Positions 7,990 to 16,878 of a stretch of 64,000 bases of DNA are shown here, piece by piece. The translations under genes were made by a program, and so were the position numbers. Each line of letters starts with the position of its first letter. Position 1 is the stretch's first letter. The stretch comes from a virus: the IMG/VR virus record IMGVR_UViG_3300010883_024574, positions 22,249-86,248 of that record, one strand, 5' to 3'. The notes beneath the pieces are model-generated. The model was not told the DNA's origin, made no database searches, and was given only the letters and a program-made list of their open reading frames with translations.

Positions 7990-10359
7990 ATGGAGGAAGA
8001 GAAAGAAGAGCTTTCTCTTCTAGATCTAATAAGTTACCATGAGACTGGCCCCGTTCTTAAGGAGCGGCCAAATGATGTTCTTAGAACCCCGTCTCATCCT
8101 GAAGAGTTAAACTTTAATTATGTTGACGACGACGAAATCCCGTGCAAAAGCTTGACAAGAAAAGCAAAACTTGCAAAGATGCAAAAGAAAGCCTTGGGGT
8201 TAACAGATATTCCCGGAGGAAGTCCTCCCGGAGCACAGGGCTATAGACCAAGATCTAGCTATGAACAACAAGATTTTCAAACATCCCACACCACAGGTTT
8301 CGGTGGACCATCAGTTATAGATGTTGAGGAGGATAAGCCTCCGTCAAATATCAACAGAAGGCAGCGAAAGAAACCTATTAATATTTCGTTTAAAACTGAG
8401 ACAGATAACTTTTTTAGTTTCTTAGAGACCGGCAGATTAAGAAGAAGAAGGAAAAGGGTAGGAGCCACTATGAACACAGAACAAAGAGAATTAACCAAGC
8501 TTGCTAAAGCCTTAAGGCTTTCTGGCTATAACGAACAGGCTGGCGCAATAATAAGGTTGGCAGCAGGAGGCTTTGCCCCAGATCCTTTGAGTTCCGAAAA
8601 AGCAGATTGGGTTTCTGCCGTAACAGCTGCAACTGACGTAATAACCAAGCCCCCGATGAGCCTAGGTCCAGATGCAGAAACTGCAGCAGATACACATGGT
8701 GCAAAAGCATTGTTTGATGCTTATATCTCTCACCTTCTGACCCGGGTGAAGACGAGGCTTGAGACCAGCGCGTCTGGGGGACTCCACCAGTGTAACCCAT
8801 CGGCAGCTCCACTCGTACCCTGCGGGCTAACCTCTACTCAGGTTTCGGCTATACATTCTGCCCTAGAAACAGCGTGGAAAGCTTTTAGCATTGATTCTTA
8901 TAAACCTGGCGATTTAAACAACTCTTTCGTTGGTGCTTTTGATTCAAACAAGGGGCTTTCATCGGGTGAGAGTGGTATAGCATGGCTAAGCGGTGGTAAG
9001 ATATATGACAAAAAGGCCGATGCTAACTTGGTATTGCTTCAAGAATTAAAAAAGAAAGAGAAAGGCGGCGCCGTAGGAGGCTCTGGAAAAGGCTCTGGAA
9101 AAGGCTCTGGAGGAGGCTCTGTAGGAGGCTCTGGAGGAGGCTCTGGAGGTAGTCGTATGGCAGACTATACAGGGCAATATATCAAGAATAGAGACACAGG
9201 TAATGACTTTAGAGATTGGGTTCATTCTTCGGGAAATCTTGAAGCGGTAAATGCACAGATTGTAGCTGACAACTCCAAGAGAACAGACGGCCTTGATAAA
9301 GGCTCTTCTTCCGCAAGTTGGTCCAATGGTTACATGTGGAGTGCTTGGAAGGCTGTTGGAGAAAAGTATAAGAGATCTAGAACAGGCAGAGAAAATAAGC
9401 CAGAAGGAGAAGGCACAGAGCAAAGAGGTGGCAGTCTAAGCCCTGGGTCTGAAGATCAAGAGCTTCCACTGAAAGCCTATCTTCAAGCACCTATGGGAAA
9501 AGCTCTTGGTGGAGATGAAGTACACAACTTACCATTAGCAGCAAGAAACAGATTGCTTAGAGCAGTCGGAAGCGTAGGAAGAACAAGAAGGGATGGCGAA
9601 GACCCGCCTATAGTCCCAGCAGATGACGGCTTAAGAGACACTCTATTGAGCGATCAGTTCAAAGCACACGTTGAAGAAGCTTATTTTGAAGATGCAGCAG
9701 ATGATCCTTATTATGGCATTAAGCTTAAAAGACTTATGAGAGATGGTGGCGGAAGAAGAGGTCGGCGCAGACAGCTGGCTGGAGCCGCAACAGGTGATGG
9801 TGGAGAGATCAACAGAAATGATTATGTTATTGCTGGAGACATTTGGTTTAAGAAGTCAGATGCATCGGTTTGGTTTAAGACTAGTTACCCTGCTGCAAAT
9901 GCAAAAGAAAAACTACCAGACAACTCTTACACTATAGCCCCAATAGCATCAAGAGACGGTTGGCCTGGGCAGATCGCTCCATATAATGTGGGGTATTTAG
10001 AAGGCTCTGAGAGAAAGGCTATTATAAGCGCATTAGGAGCAGAGTATCCAACCCTGACTAATCGCGACTCCTCAAAGTCCGGAGGGCATCTCTTAGAGGC
10101 TCTATTCTCTGGCCAGCAACAGGCTACAAGGGGTGGGGTATTTAATACTGATTCACACAGAGCAAAGGGCGTTGAGAAAAGAGATAAGGCAAGAAGGGGT
10201 TTGCAGAGTCTTCTTACACCCCTTTTGGGGCAAGCTGATCGCGCAGAAGATTTAAGAGATCTGACCCGGGCAGCGCGGGCTAATGATCATGTTTTGGTAT
10301 CTATGGGTAATGAGGTCAGAAAAAGAAGGATAAACGCCTTAAGAAAAAATAGTATTTAA
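7990..10359 (+). CDS. hypothetical Gly-rich probable virion protein with internal LANHLD-like module
   Basis: 789 aa; ELTKLAKALRLSGYNEQAGAIIRLAA follows an internal GGAG RBS and ATG at 8470. Confidence 0.65.
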   Translation: MEEEKEELSLLDLISYHETGPVLKERPNDVLRTPSHPEELNFNYVDDDEIPCKSLTRKAKLAKMQKKALGLTDIPGGSPPGAQGYRPRSSYEQQDFQTSHTTGFGGPSVIDVEEDKPPSNINRRQRKKPINISFKTETDNFFSFLETGRLRRRRKRVGATMNTEQRELTKLAKALRLSGYNEQAGAIIRLAAGGFAPDPLSSEKADWVSAVTAATDVITKPPMSLGPDAETAADTHGAKALFDAYISHLLTRVKTRLETSASGGLHQCNPSAAPLVPCGLTSTQVSAIHSALETAWKAFSIDSYKPGDLNNSFVGAFDSNKGLSSGESGIAWLSGGKIYDKKADANLVLLQELKKKEKGGAVGGSGKGSGKGSGGGSVGGSGGGSGGSRMADYTGQYIKNRDTGNDFRDWVHSSGNLEAVNAQIVADNSKRTDGLDKGSSSASWSNGYMWSAWKAVGEKYKRSRTGRENKPEGEGTEQRGGSLSPGSEDQELPLKAYLQAPMGKALGGDEVHNLPLAARNRLLRAVGSVGRTRRDGEDPPIVPADDGLRDTLLSDQFKAHVEEAYFEDAADDPYYGIKLKRLMRDGGGRRGRRRQLAGAATGDGGEINRNDYVIAGDIWFKKSDASVWFKTSYPAANAKEKLPDNSYTIAPIASRDGWPGQIAPYNVGYLEGSERKAIISALGAEYPTLTNRDSSKSGGHLLEALFSGQQQATRGGVFNTDSHRAKGVEKRDKARRGLQSLLTPLLGQADRAEDLRDLTRAARANDHVLVSMGNEVRKRRINALRKNSI
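9073..9150 (+). repeat. 12-bp tandem repeat encoding a Gly/Ser linker
   Basis: About 6 units of G(G/T)A(GG/AA)AGGCTCT encoding VGGS/GKGS/GGGS. Confidence 0.9.
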
Positions 10360-10381
10360 TTATATTAAAAAAATTAAATCG

Positions 10382-10398
10382 GTTCTTCCATCGAATAC
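10382..10398 (+). promoter_or_regulatory. Conserved 17-bp intergenic motif, copy 2
   Basis: GTTCTTCCATCGAATAC, followed 5 nt later by CCTGTNNAGGT as in copy 3. Confidence 0.45.
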
Positions 10399-10427
10399 CC
10401 CATCCTGTATAGGTATGGGGTTTTCTT
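10397..10427 (+). terminator. stem-loop, probable terminator of the virion-like cluster
   Basis: ACCCCAT-CCT-gtat-AGG-t-ATGGGGT followed by TTTCTT. Confidence 0.55.
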
Positions 10428-11015
10428 GTGATAAATATATTTAGTGATAATAAAAAGAAAAAGAAGAATCCTAAGCATAGCACAAAGAAAAAGCGTAAAA
10501 CGTCGATAGACTTAGCCGAAAGGGTTAGGGAAAATTTAGATAAACTAAACCCTATGGTGATCCCGCTGCTTGCAGTAAAGCTTCAAGAGAGTCCCGGCAA
10601 TGACTTTCTTAAATCTAGTATTTCGGTGATTATGGAAAGACCTCATAGGCTGACAGACAAGTGGATCAACTCTCTTAACGGATGGGCAGACTCGATTGCT
10701 AAGGCTGTCATGTTAGATGAGCCAGAGGTTGAAGTCGGAACAAGGATAGACCTCGGCCCTCTTGCAGTTTATAAGGTTGCGAAAGCAAACATGGACTCTG
10801 CATATCCTATGCCAGCCATTATCTGTGTTGACGATAGGGGGTGGAAGTGGTATTTCAAAACATCAAAAGCTTATGACTTTAGCGTAGGAGAAACCATTAC
10901 ATTTACAGCAAAGGTGTCTGCTCATAAAGAGGGCATTACTTTTCTCAATCGACCTAGTAAAATTAAGAAGGTTCTAAATATTCTAATAGAAATCGAAGAG
11001 GAAAGTAATGATTAA
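10428..11015 (+). CDS. hypothetical protein, C-terminal OB-fold-like region
   Basis: Basic N-terminus; beta-rich C-terminus (WYFKTS...VGETITFTAKVSAH...TFLNRP). Confidence 0.5.
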   Translation: MINIFSDNKKKKKNPKHSTKKKRKTSIDLAERVRENLDKLNPMVIPLLAVKLQESPGNDFLKSSISVIMERPHRLTDKWINSLNGWADSIAKAVMLDEPEVEVGTRIDLGPLAVYKVAKANMDSAYPMPAIICVDDRGWKWYFKTSKAYDFSVGETITFTAKVSAHKEGITFLNRPSKIKKVLNILIEIEEESND

Positions 11016-12024
11016 CAGGGCAGATATTGTAGTTGGGTTGGCATGGGGCGATGAAGCAAAGGGTAAGATAACCAGCGAGTTAGCCTCATGTATCGGAGCA
11101 GATGGACTTCTTTTTTATGATATGGTTGCAAGATGGGGCGGCGGAAACAACGCAGGACACACAGTGTATGTGGATGACAAGAAGTATAAAACGCATCTTA
11201 TTCCATCTGGTATTTTTTATGGAGTCCAATCATTGATTGGCCCCGGCTGTGTTCTGCATCCAGAGTCTTTTTATAAAGAGCTTGACTACTTATCAGACAA
11301 CGGCTTTGACACCTCTCTAATCAAGGTTGCTCCAAACTGTCATATTATAACGGATAAGCACATAGCTTATGACAAGACGCATTTGTCTAAAAGGTTAGGA
11401 ACAACGGGGAAAGGCATCGGGCCTTGTTATGCAGATAAAGCTGCAAGGATTGGCTCGATAGCTGTTGAGGTATTAGAGGGTGAGTTTATCTGGGACGAAG
11501 TTTTAAGCGGAAACTTGTTATGCGAAGGCGCTCAAGGAGTTTGGCTAGACATTGATCAAGGTCTTTACCCGTATGTTACTTCCAGTGTAACCTTACCTTA
11601 TGGGGCTTGCAGCATTGGGTTTCCTGCTCAAAAGATTAATAAGGTTTGGGGCGCTGCAAAGATATATGACACAAAGAGTGGCGAAGATCCTAGATTTCCA
11701 GCAAGACTTTTAGAAGACCCTGTGCTAAAGTTGCTTGCAGACTTGGGGGAAGAGTTTGGAGTAACGACGGGAAGGCGAAGAAAGGTGAATTGGCTCAACT
11801 TAGACATGCTAATCAAAGCAGTTAACATAACTGGAACCACACATTTAGTTGTAAGCAAGTGTGATGTTATAGACAGGTTGGGTCATTTTAAGTTGAGTCA
11901 CGGCGGCAAGTTAGTTAAATTTCTAACCTTAGAGGATATGACCGTCTACATAGAAAAAAGAATAAGAGAGCTTTCGCCACTCTTGGAGTCTGTTAGATTC
12001 TCTTATTCCCCAAAGGAAATTTGA
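11008..12024 (+). CDS. purA: adenylosuccinate synthetase (short form)
   Basis: GLAWGDEAKGK, GGGNNAGHT, GTTGKGIGPCY, EGAQG, YPYVTSS, GVTTGRRR and SKCD motifs. Confidence 0.93.
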   Translation: MINRADIVVGLAWGDEAKGKITSELASCIGADGLLFYDMVARWGGGNNAGHTVYVDDKKYKTHLIPSGIFYGVQSLIGPGCVLHPESFYKELDYLSDNGFDTSLIKVAPNCHIITDKHIAYDKTHLSKRLGTTGKGIGPCYADKAARIGSIAVEVLEGEFIWDEVLSGNLLCEGAQGVWLDIDQGLYPYVTSSVTLPYGACSIGFPAQKINKVWGAAKIYDTKSGEDPRFPARLLEDPVLKLLADLGEEFGVTTGRRRKVNWLNLDMLIKAVNITGTTHLVVSKCDVIDRLGHFKLSHGGKLVKFLTLEDMTVYIEKRIRELSPLLESVRFSYSPKEI

Positions 12025-12026
12025 TA

Positions 12027-12875
12027 ATGTCAGAAAAAATAATGGTTCTATACCATGCAAACTGCCCTGATGGATTTGGTGCTGCTTGGTCTTTCTGGAG
12101 AAAGTTTGGAGCTAATGCTGAATATTTGCCTGTAGTTCATGGAGAAGAAGGACCGGACGTTAAAGATCGTGATGTATTTATTGTTGACTTTTCTTATGAC
12201 AGGGCTATAATGCTTGATATGGAAGAGAAGGCGAAAAGCCTAATTGTATTAGATCACCATAAGTCCGCAGAAGAAACCTGTGGAGACTTACCGTTTTGTT
12301 ATTTTGATATGAATCATTCTGGCGCTTATTTGGCTTGGAATCATTTGTTTCCAGATGATAATGTTCCTCTTCTGATCAAGTATGTTGAAGACAGAGATTT
12401 GTGGAAGTGGGAAATGCAGCATACAGAAGAAGTATTGTCTGCCGTAGATTCATTTGAAAAAACTTTTGAGAATTGGGACATGCTGCATGGCTATCTTGAT
12501 GCAGCAGAGTCCATTAGATGGAAGCGTGTAAAGAATATGGGGGAAGGGATATTGCAGTATAAAAGAAATCTGATTAAATCTCTTCTTGAAAACTCTTATA
12601 CTGAAAACATTTTAGGCACTGTGGTCCCGATTGTTAATGCGCCATTCTTCCAATCGGAAATGGCATCTGATTTAGCAGAGGGCAATCCTTTCGCTGCCGC
12701 TTATTACTTCGATGGAGAAGGATATAAATTCTCCCTGCGTTCAACAGAAGAAGGTGAGGACGTTTCCAAGATTGCTGCCGCCTTTGGCGGCGGAGGTCAT
12801 AAGAACGCTTCTGGCTTTAGAATAACTGATTTGTCCACACTAATTACCGGAGTAACTGATGGCTCAAGAGAATAA
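12027..12875 (+). CDS. DHH/DHHA1 phosphoesterase (nanoRNase-like)
   Basis: YHxxCxDG, VDFS, LDHH, DRDLW, SLRS and GGGGH motifs. Confidence 0.88.
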   Translation: MSEKIMVLYHANCPDGFGAAWSFWRKFGANAEYLPVVHGEEGPDVKDRDVFIVDFSYDRAIMLDMEEKAKSLIVLDHHKSAEETCGDLPFCYFDMNHSGAYLAWNHLFPDDNVPLLIKYVEDRDLWKWEMQHTEEVLSAVDSFEKTFENWDMLHGYLDAAESIRWKRVKNMGEGILQYKRNLIKSLLENSYTENILGTVVPIVNAPFFQSEMASDLAEGNPFAAAYYFDGEGYKFSLRSTEEGEDVSKIAAAFGGGGHKNASGFRITDLSTLITGVTDGSRE

Positions 12876-13581
12876 GAGCAAAAGCCTTAAGCATTTGATT
12901 GAAGAGATCAAGAGTATTAGGGGACTTGCGTGGAATGAATTTCGCCCAAAGCTTGAAAAGCTTGCACAAGATGTAAAGAAAAAAGACTTTGAAAGACTAT
13001 GTCTAGAAAGTGCTATTTTTAATGAAGCATTTTATAATTCCTCTGGAAGATATGGGAGGGTTGATTGGGTTGCGACTAGGATCTTGGAATACCTGCTACC
13101 TCACCATGTAGAGGTTGGCGACAAGGCTCTTAAGAAATCTGAGATAGATTTGGTTAAATGCTTGGTTATTACCAATGGCATATATAAAGATATTTCGTCT
13201 ATAGACGCGGTGGCTAAAAGCGGGAGCGGGGATAGTCAGGCTCTTGCGGCAAGCTTCTGTAGCATTAAGGTACTAAGAGCTTTAAAGGGCCATAAGAGTT
13301 CTAAGATTAGAAAGGTCTACTATAATAGGCTTGGTCCTGTTGAGTGTTTAGATGAAATGCTTGGCGATAGTATTGCAGACATTAGGTATGAAGGAATTGC
13401 TAGAGCGCCATATTATTATGACAAATTAAAGACTTTGACAAAAGAGATTGCGCGTGGCCCATTTAGTCTTTTGATTAACAAGATCCCTCTTGACTACCTT
13501 CCTATGCTTGTAGCTAATAGAAATGTAAAAAATAGTTGGGTTTCTCAAAGAATTGAAGAAAGAATTAACTCTGGAAGGTAG
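12859..13581 (+). CDS. hypothetical alpha-helical (HEAT-like) protein
   Basis: C-terminus SLLINKIPLDYLPMLV...WVSQRIEERI resembles those of ORFs 448 and 13590. Confidence 0.6.
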   Translation: MAQENKSKSLKHLIEEIKSIRGLAWNEFRPKLEKLAQDVKKKDFERLCLESAIFNEAFYNSSGRYGRVDWVATRILEYLLPHHVEVGDKALKKSEIDLVKCLVITNGIYKDISSIDAVAKSGSGDSQALAASFCSIKVLRALKGHKSSKIRKVYYNRLGPVECLDEMLGDSIADIRYEGIARAPYYYDKLKTLTKEIARGPFSLLINKIPLDYLPMLVANRNVKNSWVSQRIEERINSGR

Positions 13582-13589
13582 GAGACATT

Positions 13590-14501
13590 GTGTCTGAAAA
13601 AATATTGAAGAAAGTGGCTTTTAATAACAAGTTTGATTTGGCTGATGATTTCATTAGTACAGTTTTGAAGTTTGCAATACCACATGCTGTGAGCGATATA
13701 GACTGTTACTGGCGAACCTCTGATGCTGAAAAGATTATTTCTGATGTTACATTTGGATACATTTGGGATAACTATCCAGACACTAGGAATGAGCTATTGA
13801 ATGTAGTTCACAATGTAGCAAGTAAGCATACTAGAATAAAGTCTTTATCAAAAGACTTTTGTACAGATGTTGTAAAAAGGGTTTATAGTAACATTGAAGA
13901 TAACGAATCTCTAGAAGATAATAGACTGAAAGTTAGACTCTTGCCGGTTGTTGACCCGCTTTATGATTATCTAGATAAGATGTGCAAGTTTGCTTTAGAC
14001 TCTGAAAAAGAAAATTTGTTTACCATCTGGAGACAAGCCGGGCTATCATCCTCTACGGATGAAGCTTTCTTTGACTATCTCTGGAGCAAGGTAAAGAGGG
14101 AGAAGGGATCTGTTAACATTAAGATAAACATTCTTGATAATGCCTTTGACAACGAGGCAGTTTCAGATTCTCTTTTAAAGAAGATTGCAAAGTCAAGCCC
14201 AAAAAATATCAAGAGGTTGGCGACAAGCAAGCTGTCTGGCTATATTGCAGACCAAAAACATAGAATTCGAAAATTTGAAAGGGATAATACAAAAGAATCT
14301 TTGGCAACAGCAGCTTTTCTACAAGAAAAAGTTGCCAAAGTAGAAAGGAAGGCTATGTTATTTGTAGACTGTACTGATCGGGAAGTTGTTTCTAACTTGC
14401 TGGACTGTCTCTCTAAGGACAATCTACCTTGGCTTATGCCTTCTGCCTCAAAACATTATTACCTTTCAAGAAGATTGCAAGATATGATAGAGGCCGAATA
14501 G
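13590..14501 (+). CDS. hypothetical alpha-helical (HEAT-like) protein
   Basis: GGAG RBS with GTG start; C-terminus FVDCTDREVVSNLLDCLSKDNLPWLM...LSRRLQDMI. Confidence 0.6.
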   Translation: MSEKILKKVAFNNKFDLADDFISTVLKFAIPHAVSDIDCYWRTSDAEKIISDVTFGYIWDNYPDTRNELLNVVHNVASKHTRIKSLSKDFCTDVVKRVYSNIEDNESLEDNRLKVRLLPVVDPLYDYLDKMCKFALDSEKENLFTIWRQAGLSSSTDEAFFDYLWSKVKREKGSVNIKINILDNAFDNEAVSDSLLKKIAKSSPKNIKRLATSKLSGYIADQKHRIRKFERDNTKESLATAAFLQEKVAKVERKAMLFVDCTDREVVSNLLDCLSKDNLPWLMPSASKHYYLSRRLQDMIEAE

Positions 14502-14514
14502 AACAGGAATTAAA

Positions 14515-14715
14515 ATGGTAAATCGTAATAATGTTATGTTAAAAATTCGAGTAACTAATACTGAAACTAAAGCTGTTCATATTCATAATAGAGTACCCTT
14601 AGAGCATGTAGAAACATTAAAAATGAACTCATGTCTTAGGATAGAGGTGTTGGGTCAATCCAAGGGGTACGATGATGATAGAAGATTTAAAAGGGATAAA
14701 GAAAGAAATAATTAG
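14515..14715 (+). CDS. small hypothetical protein
   Basis: 66-aa ORF with AGGA RBS, fills the gap between neighbours. Confidence 0.6.
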   Translation: MVNRNNVMLKIRVTNTETKAVHIHNRVPLEHVETLKMNSCLRIEVLGQSKGYDDDRRFKRDKERNN

Positions 14716-15319
14716 CATTACAATATTATGTTGTATGATTCCGATGGTTGCTTACGCAGCTCCATACAGGCCAGCTTTTATTGAAGATTTATCAACAGTG
14801 GAAAGGCTCGATGAGAGTTTGAGTTTGGGTGATAAAGTTATTGATTTATCTATTTCATACCAAACAAGTAATGGGCAGATTCCTTCGGCCCTCTACAAAT
14901 CACACAGCCCAGAAAATATAAAGGGTTGGATTCAACACTCATGGCCTGTCTTTAAGAGTTTTCTGGCGCAATATGATATGCCGACTGCTGACTGTAGGCG
15001 TAATTATAATTTGAATATGTTTGTGGTAACGCCAACTATCATGGACGACAGAGATCGCTTTGAGGAAGCGCCTTGGTCAACTGATGTTATAAGGGGCAAA
15101 AATGACCGTATCTACGGCTATTACACCGCCACTAAAGAGATCAAAAACAACTCAACCATCTTGGTTACAGATTGGGTGGGTCATAGAGAAAACGTGATTC
15201 TGGTTCACGAAATGACTCATTATTGGTATGACAGAATGTGTCTTAGGCCTCATTGGAAGGGATCTCCAGAACATTTTGCAAGGACTTTTCAAGCTTATTA
15301 TGAAGTGAGGGCACCATGA
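14672..15319 (+). CDS. putative exported HExxH metallopeptidase-like protein
   Basis: Hydrophobic N-terminus ending VAYA (signal-peptide-like); ILVHEMTHYW followed by a downstream Glu. Confidence 0.55.
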   Translation: MMIEDLKGIKKEIISITILCCMIPMVAYAAPYRPAFIEDLSTVERLDESLSLGDKVIDLSISYQTSNGQIPSALYKSHSPENIKGWIQHSWPVFKSFLAQYDMPTADCRRNYNLNMFVVTPTIMDDRDRFEEAPWSTDVIRGKNDRIYGYYTATKEIKNNSTILVTDWVGHRENVILVHEMTHYWYDRMCLRPHWKGSPEHFARTFQAYYEVRAP

Positions 15320-16428
15320 AGATTTACACATCATTAACATTGAATGAATCAGGAGAGCCTCCATCCTTCGATGATGTTATGCTTGTCCCAAGGTACTCAA
15401 CGATAAAGTCAAGATTAGACCCTAATATACAGGCCACTATAGGTAGCGACACAACATTGGAAATGCCTATTATTTCTTCACCGATGGATACTGTTACAGG
15501 CTCGGATATGGCTATATCTATCGGGAGTCGAGGGGCTATGGGGGTGCTTCATAGATTTATGTCTGTGAAGGAGCAGTCAGATGAAGTTATGAAGATAATT
15601 GAGTTTAATAGAAAGAGCGAGGGTAACCCCACTTGTTCAAAAGCCCCCGTTGTACCTGCTATTGGAGTTGGCAGGCCAGAGCGTGAAAGATTTAAATACT
15701 TGTATGATGAGTATGGAAGCTTATTGGATTGGGTGGCGATTGACATTGCCAACGGTCACTCAGAGCATATGAGGGAAATGATTGATTGGGTCAGAAACAT
15801 GTCTGATGACTCATTGCAAATCTTAGCTGGGAATGTTGCAACCGGAGAAGGTTTTGCTTTTCTTGCTGACTCTGGAGCCAATGCAGTTAGAGTGGGAATA
15901 GGCGGCGGTTCTATTTGCAAAACACGTATCATGACAGGCTTTGGAGTTCCAACTTTGGCCTCTGTAATAGACTGTCGCAAAACAAAGGAATCTAATTTTA
16001 ATTATAAAAATGTATCAATAATTGCAGACGGAGGCATTAAGTATCCAGCGGATTTAGTTAAGAGTCTTGCAGCTGGCGCAGATGCGGTAATTGCAGGAAG
16101 AATCTTCGCAGGCACTTTGGAGTCTCCAGGCGAGATTGTTACCATAAACGGGAAAAGAATGAAGGTATATAGAGGCATGGCCTCTAAAGAGGTCCAGGAT
16201 GATAGGAGAGGCGGATTAAGACCCGGCACTTGTGCCGAAGGAGTTTCTGCACATGTCCCTCTGAAAGGAAAAGCATACTATATATTAGAAGAGTTTTGTG
16301 GAGGCCTTAGGTCTGCTATGACTTATGCTAATGCAAGAAGTATAACTGAACTTAGAGAGAATTCTTTATTCATAAGGCTAACCTCTTCTGCGATAGAAGA
16401 GTCTCACGCCTTTGGAACGAAACAATAG
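15316..16428 (+). CDS. IMPDH/GMP reductase family protein without CBS domains (GMP-reductase-like motifs)
   Basis: [59 protein letters not shown]; no Arg-Tyr flap dyad. Confidence 0.88.
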   Translation: MKIYTSLTLNESGEPPSFDDVMLVPRYSTIKSRLDPNIQATIGSDTTLEMPIISSPMDTVTGSDMAISIGSRGAMGVLHRFMSVKEQSDEVMKIIEFNRKSEGNPTCSKAPVVPAIGVGRPERERFKYLYDEYGSLLDWVAIDIANGHSEHMREMIDWVRNMSDDSLQILAGNVATGEGFAFLADSGANAVRVGIGGGSICKTRIMTGFGVPTLASVIDCRKTKESNFNYKNVSIIADGGIKYPADLVKSLAAGADAVIAGRIFAGTLESPGEIVTINGKRMKVYRGMASKEVQDDRRGGLRPGTCAEGVSAHVPLKGKAYYILEEFCGGLRSAMTYANARSITELRENSLFIRLTSSAIEESHAFGTKQ

Positions 16429-16438
16429 GAGTATAAAC

Positions 16439-16792
16439 ATGGCAAATAATTTGTTTGAAAATGAAGTTTTAGAAAAGTTATCTTCAATTGAAGATAGGCT
16501 GACTAATATAGAAGATAAGTTTGAAGAAGCTACTGGTTTTGCAGATAGCCTTCTTTCAGATGAAAATAGTCTTTTTGGCACAGACGGTCTGAATTCTATT
16601 AAGGATACTCTTGCTGCGTTTATGCCGTCACAGATTGAGGGCAATATAGCAGAGTCTAATGATATAGACCCAAATACACTACAGGATTTGGTCGGCTCCT
16701 TAAAAGACTTTAGAGATAGGCTGTCAGGGATAAAGACTGCAATATCTGACCTGCCAGAAGGGGGCGCTGAATTACAAAATGATGATGGATAA
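16439..16792 (+). CDS. hypothetical acidic coiled-coil protein
   Basis: AGGAG RBS before ATG 16439; heptad-like pattern. Confidence 0.7.
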   Translation: MANNLFENEVLEKLSSIEDRLTNIEDKFEEATGFADSLLSDENSLFGTDGLNSIKDTLAAFMPSQIEGNIAESNDIDPNTLQDLVGSLKDFRDRLSGIKTAISDLPEGGAELQNDDG

Positions 16793-16808
16793 TAGTTTTT
16801 TAAAATCT

Positions 16809-16825
16809 GTTTTTACATCGAATAC
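16809..16825 (+). promoter_or_regulatory. Conserved 17-bp intergenic motif, copy 3
   Basis: GTTTTTACATCGAATAC upstream of the AAA+/VWA operon. Confidence 0.5.
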
Positions 16826-16878
16826 AATAACCTGTGGAGGTTTCTCCATACCATTGTTCTTGCTGAAAGGAGACAAAA

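Noticed and set aside
11008-12024. PurZ / 2-aminoadenine (Z-genome) pathway
   Set aside because: The catalytic Asp (WGDEAKG) and TTGRRR of PurA are retained, whereas PurZ has Ser at that Asp position. No DatZ- or MazZ-like neighbour is evident.
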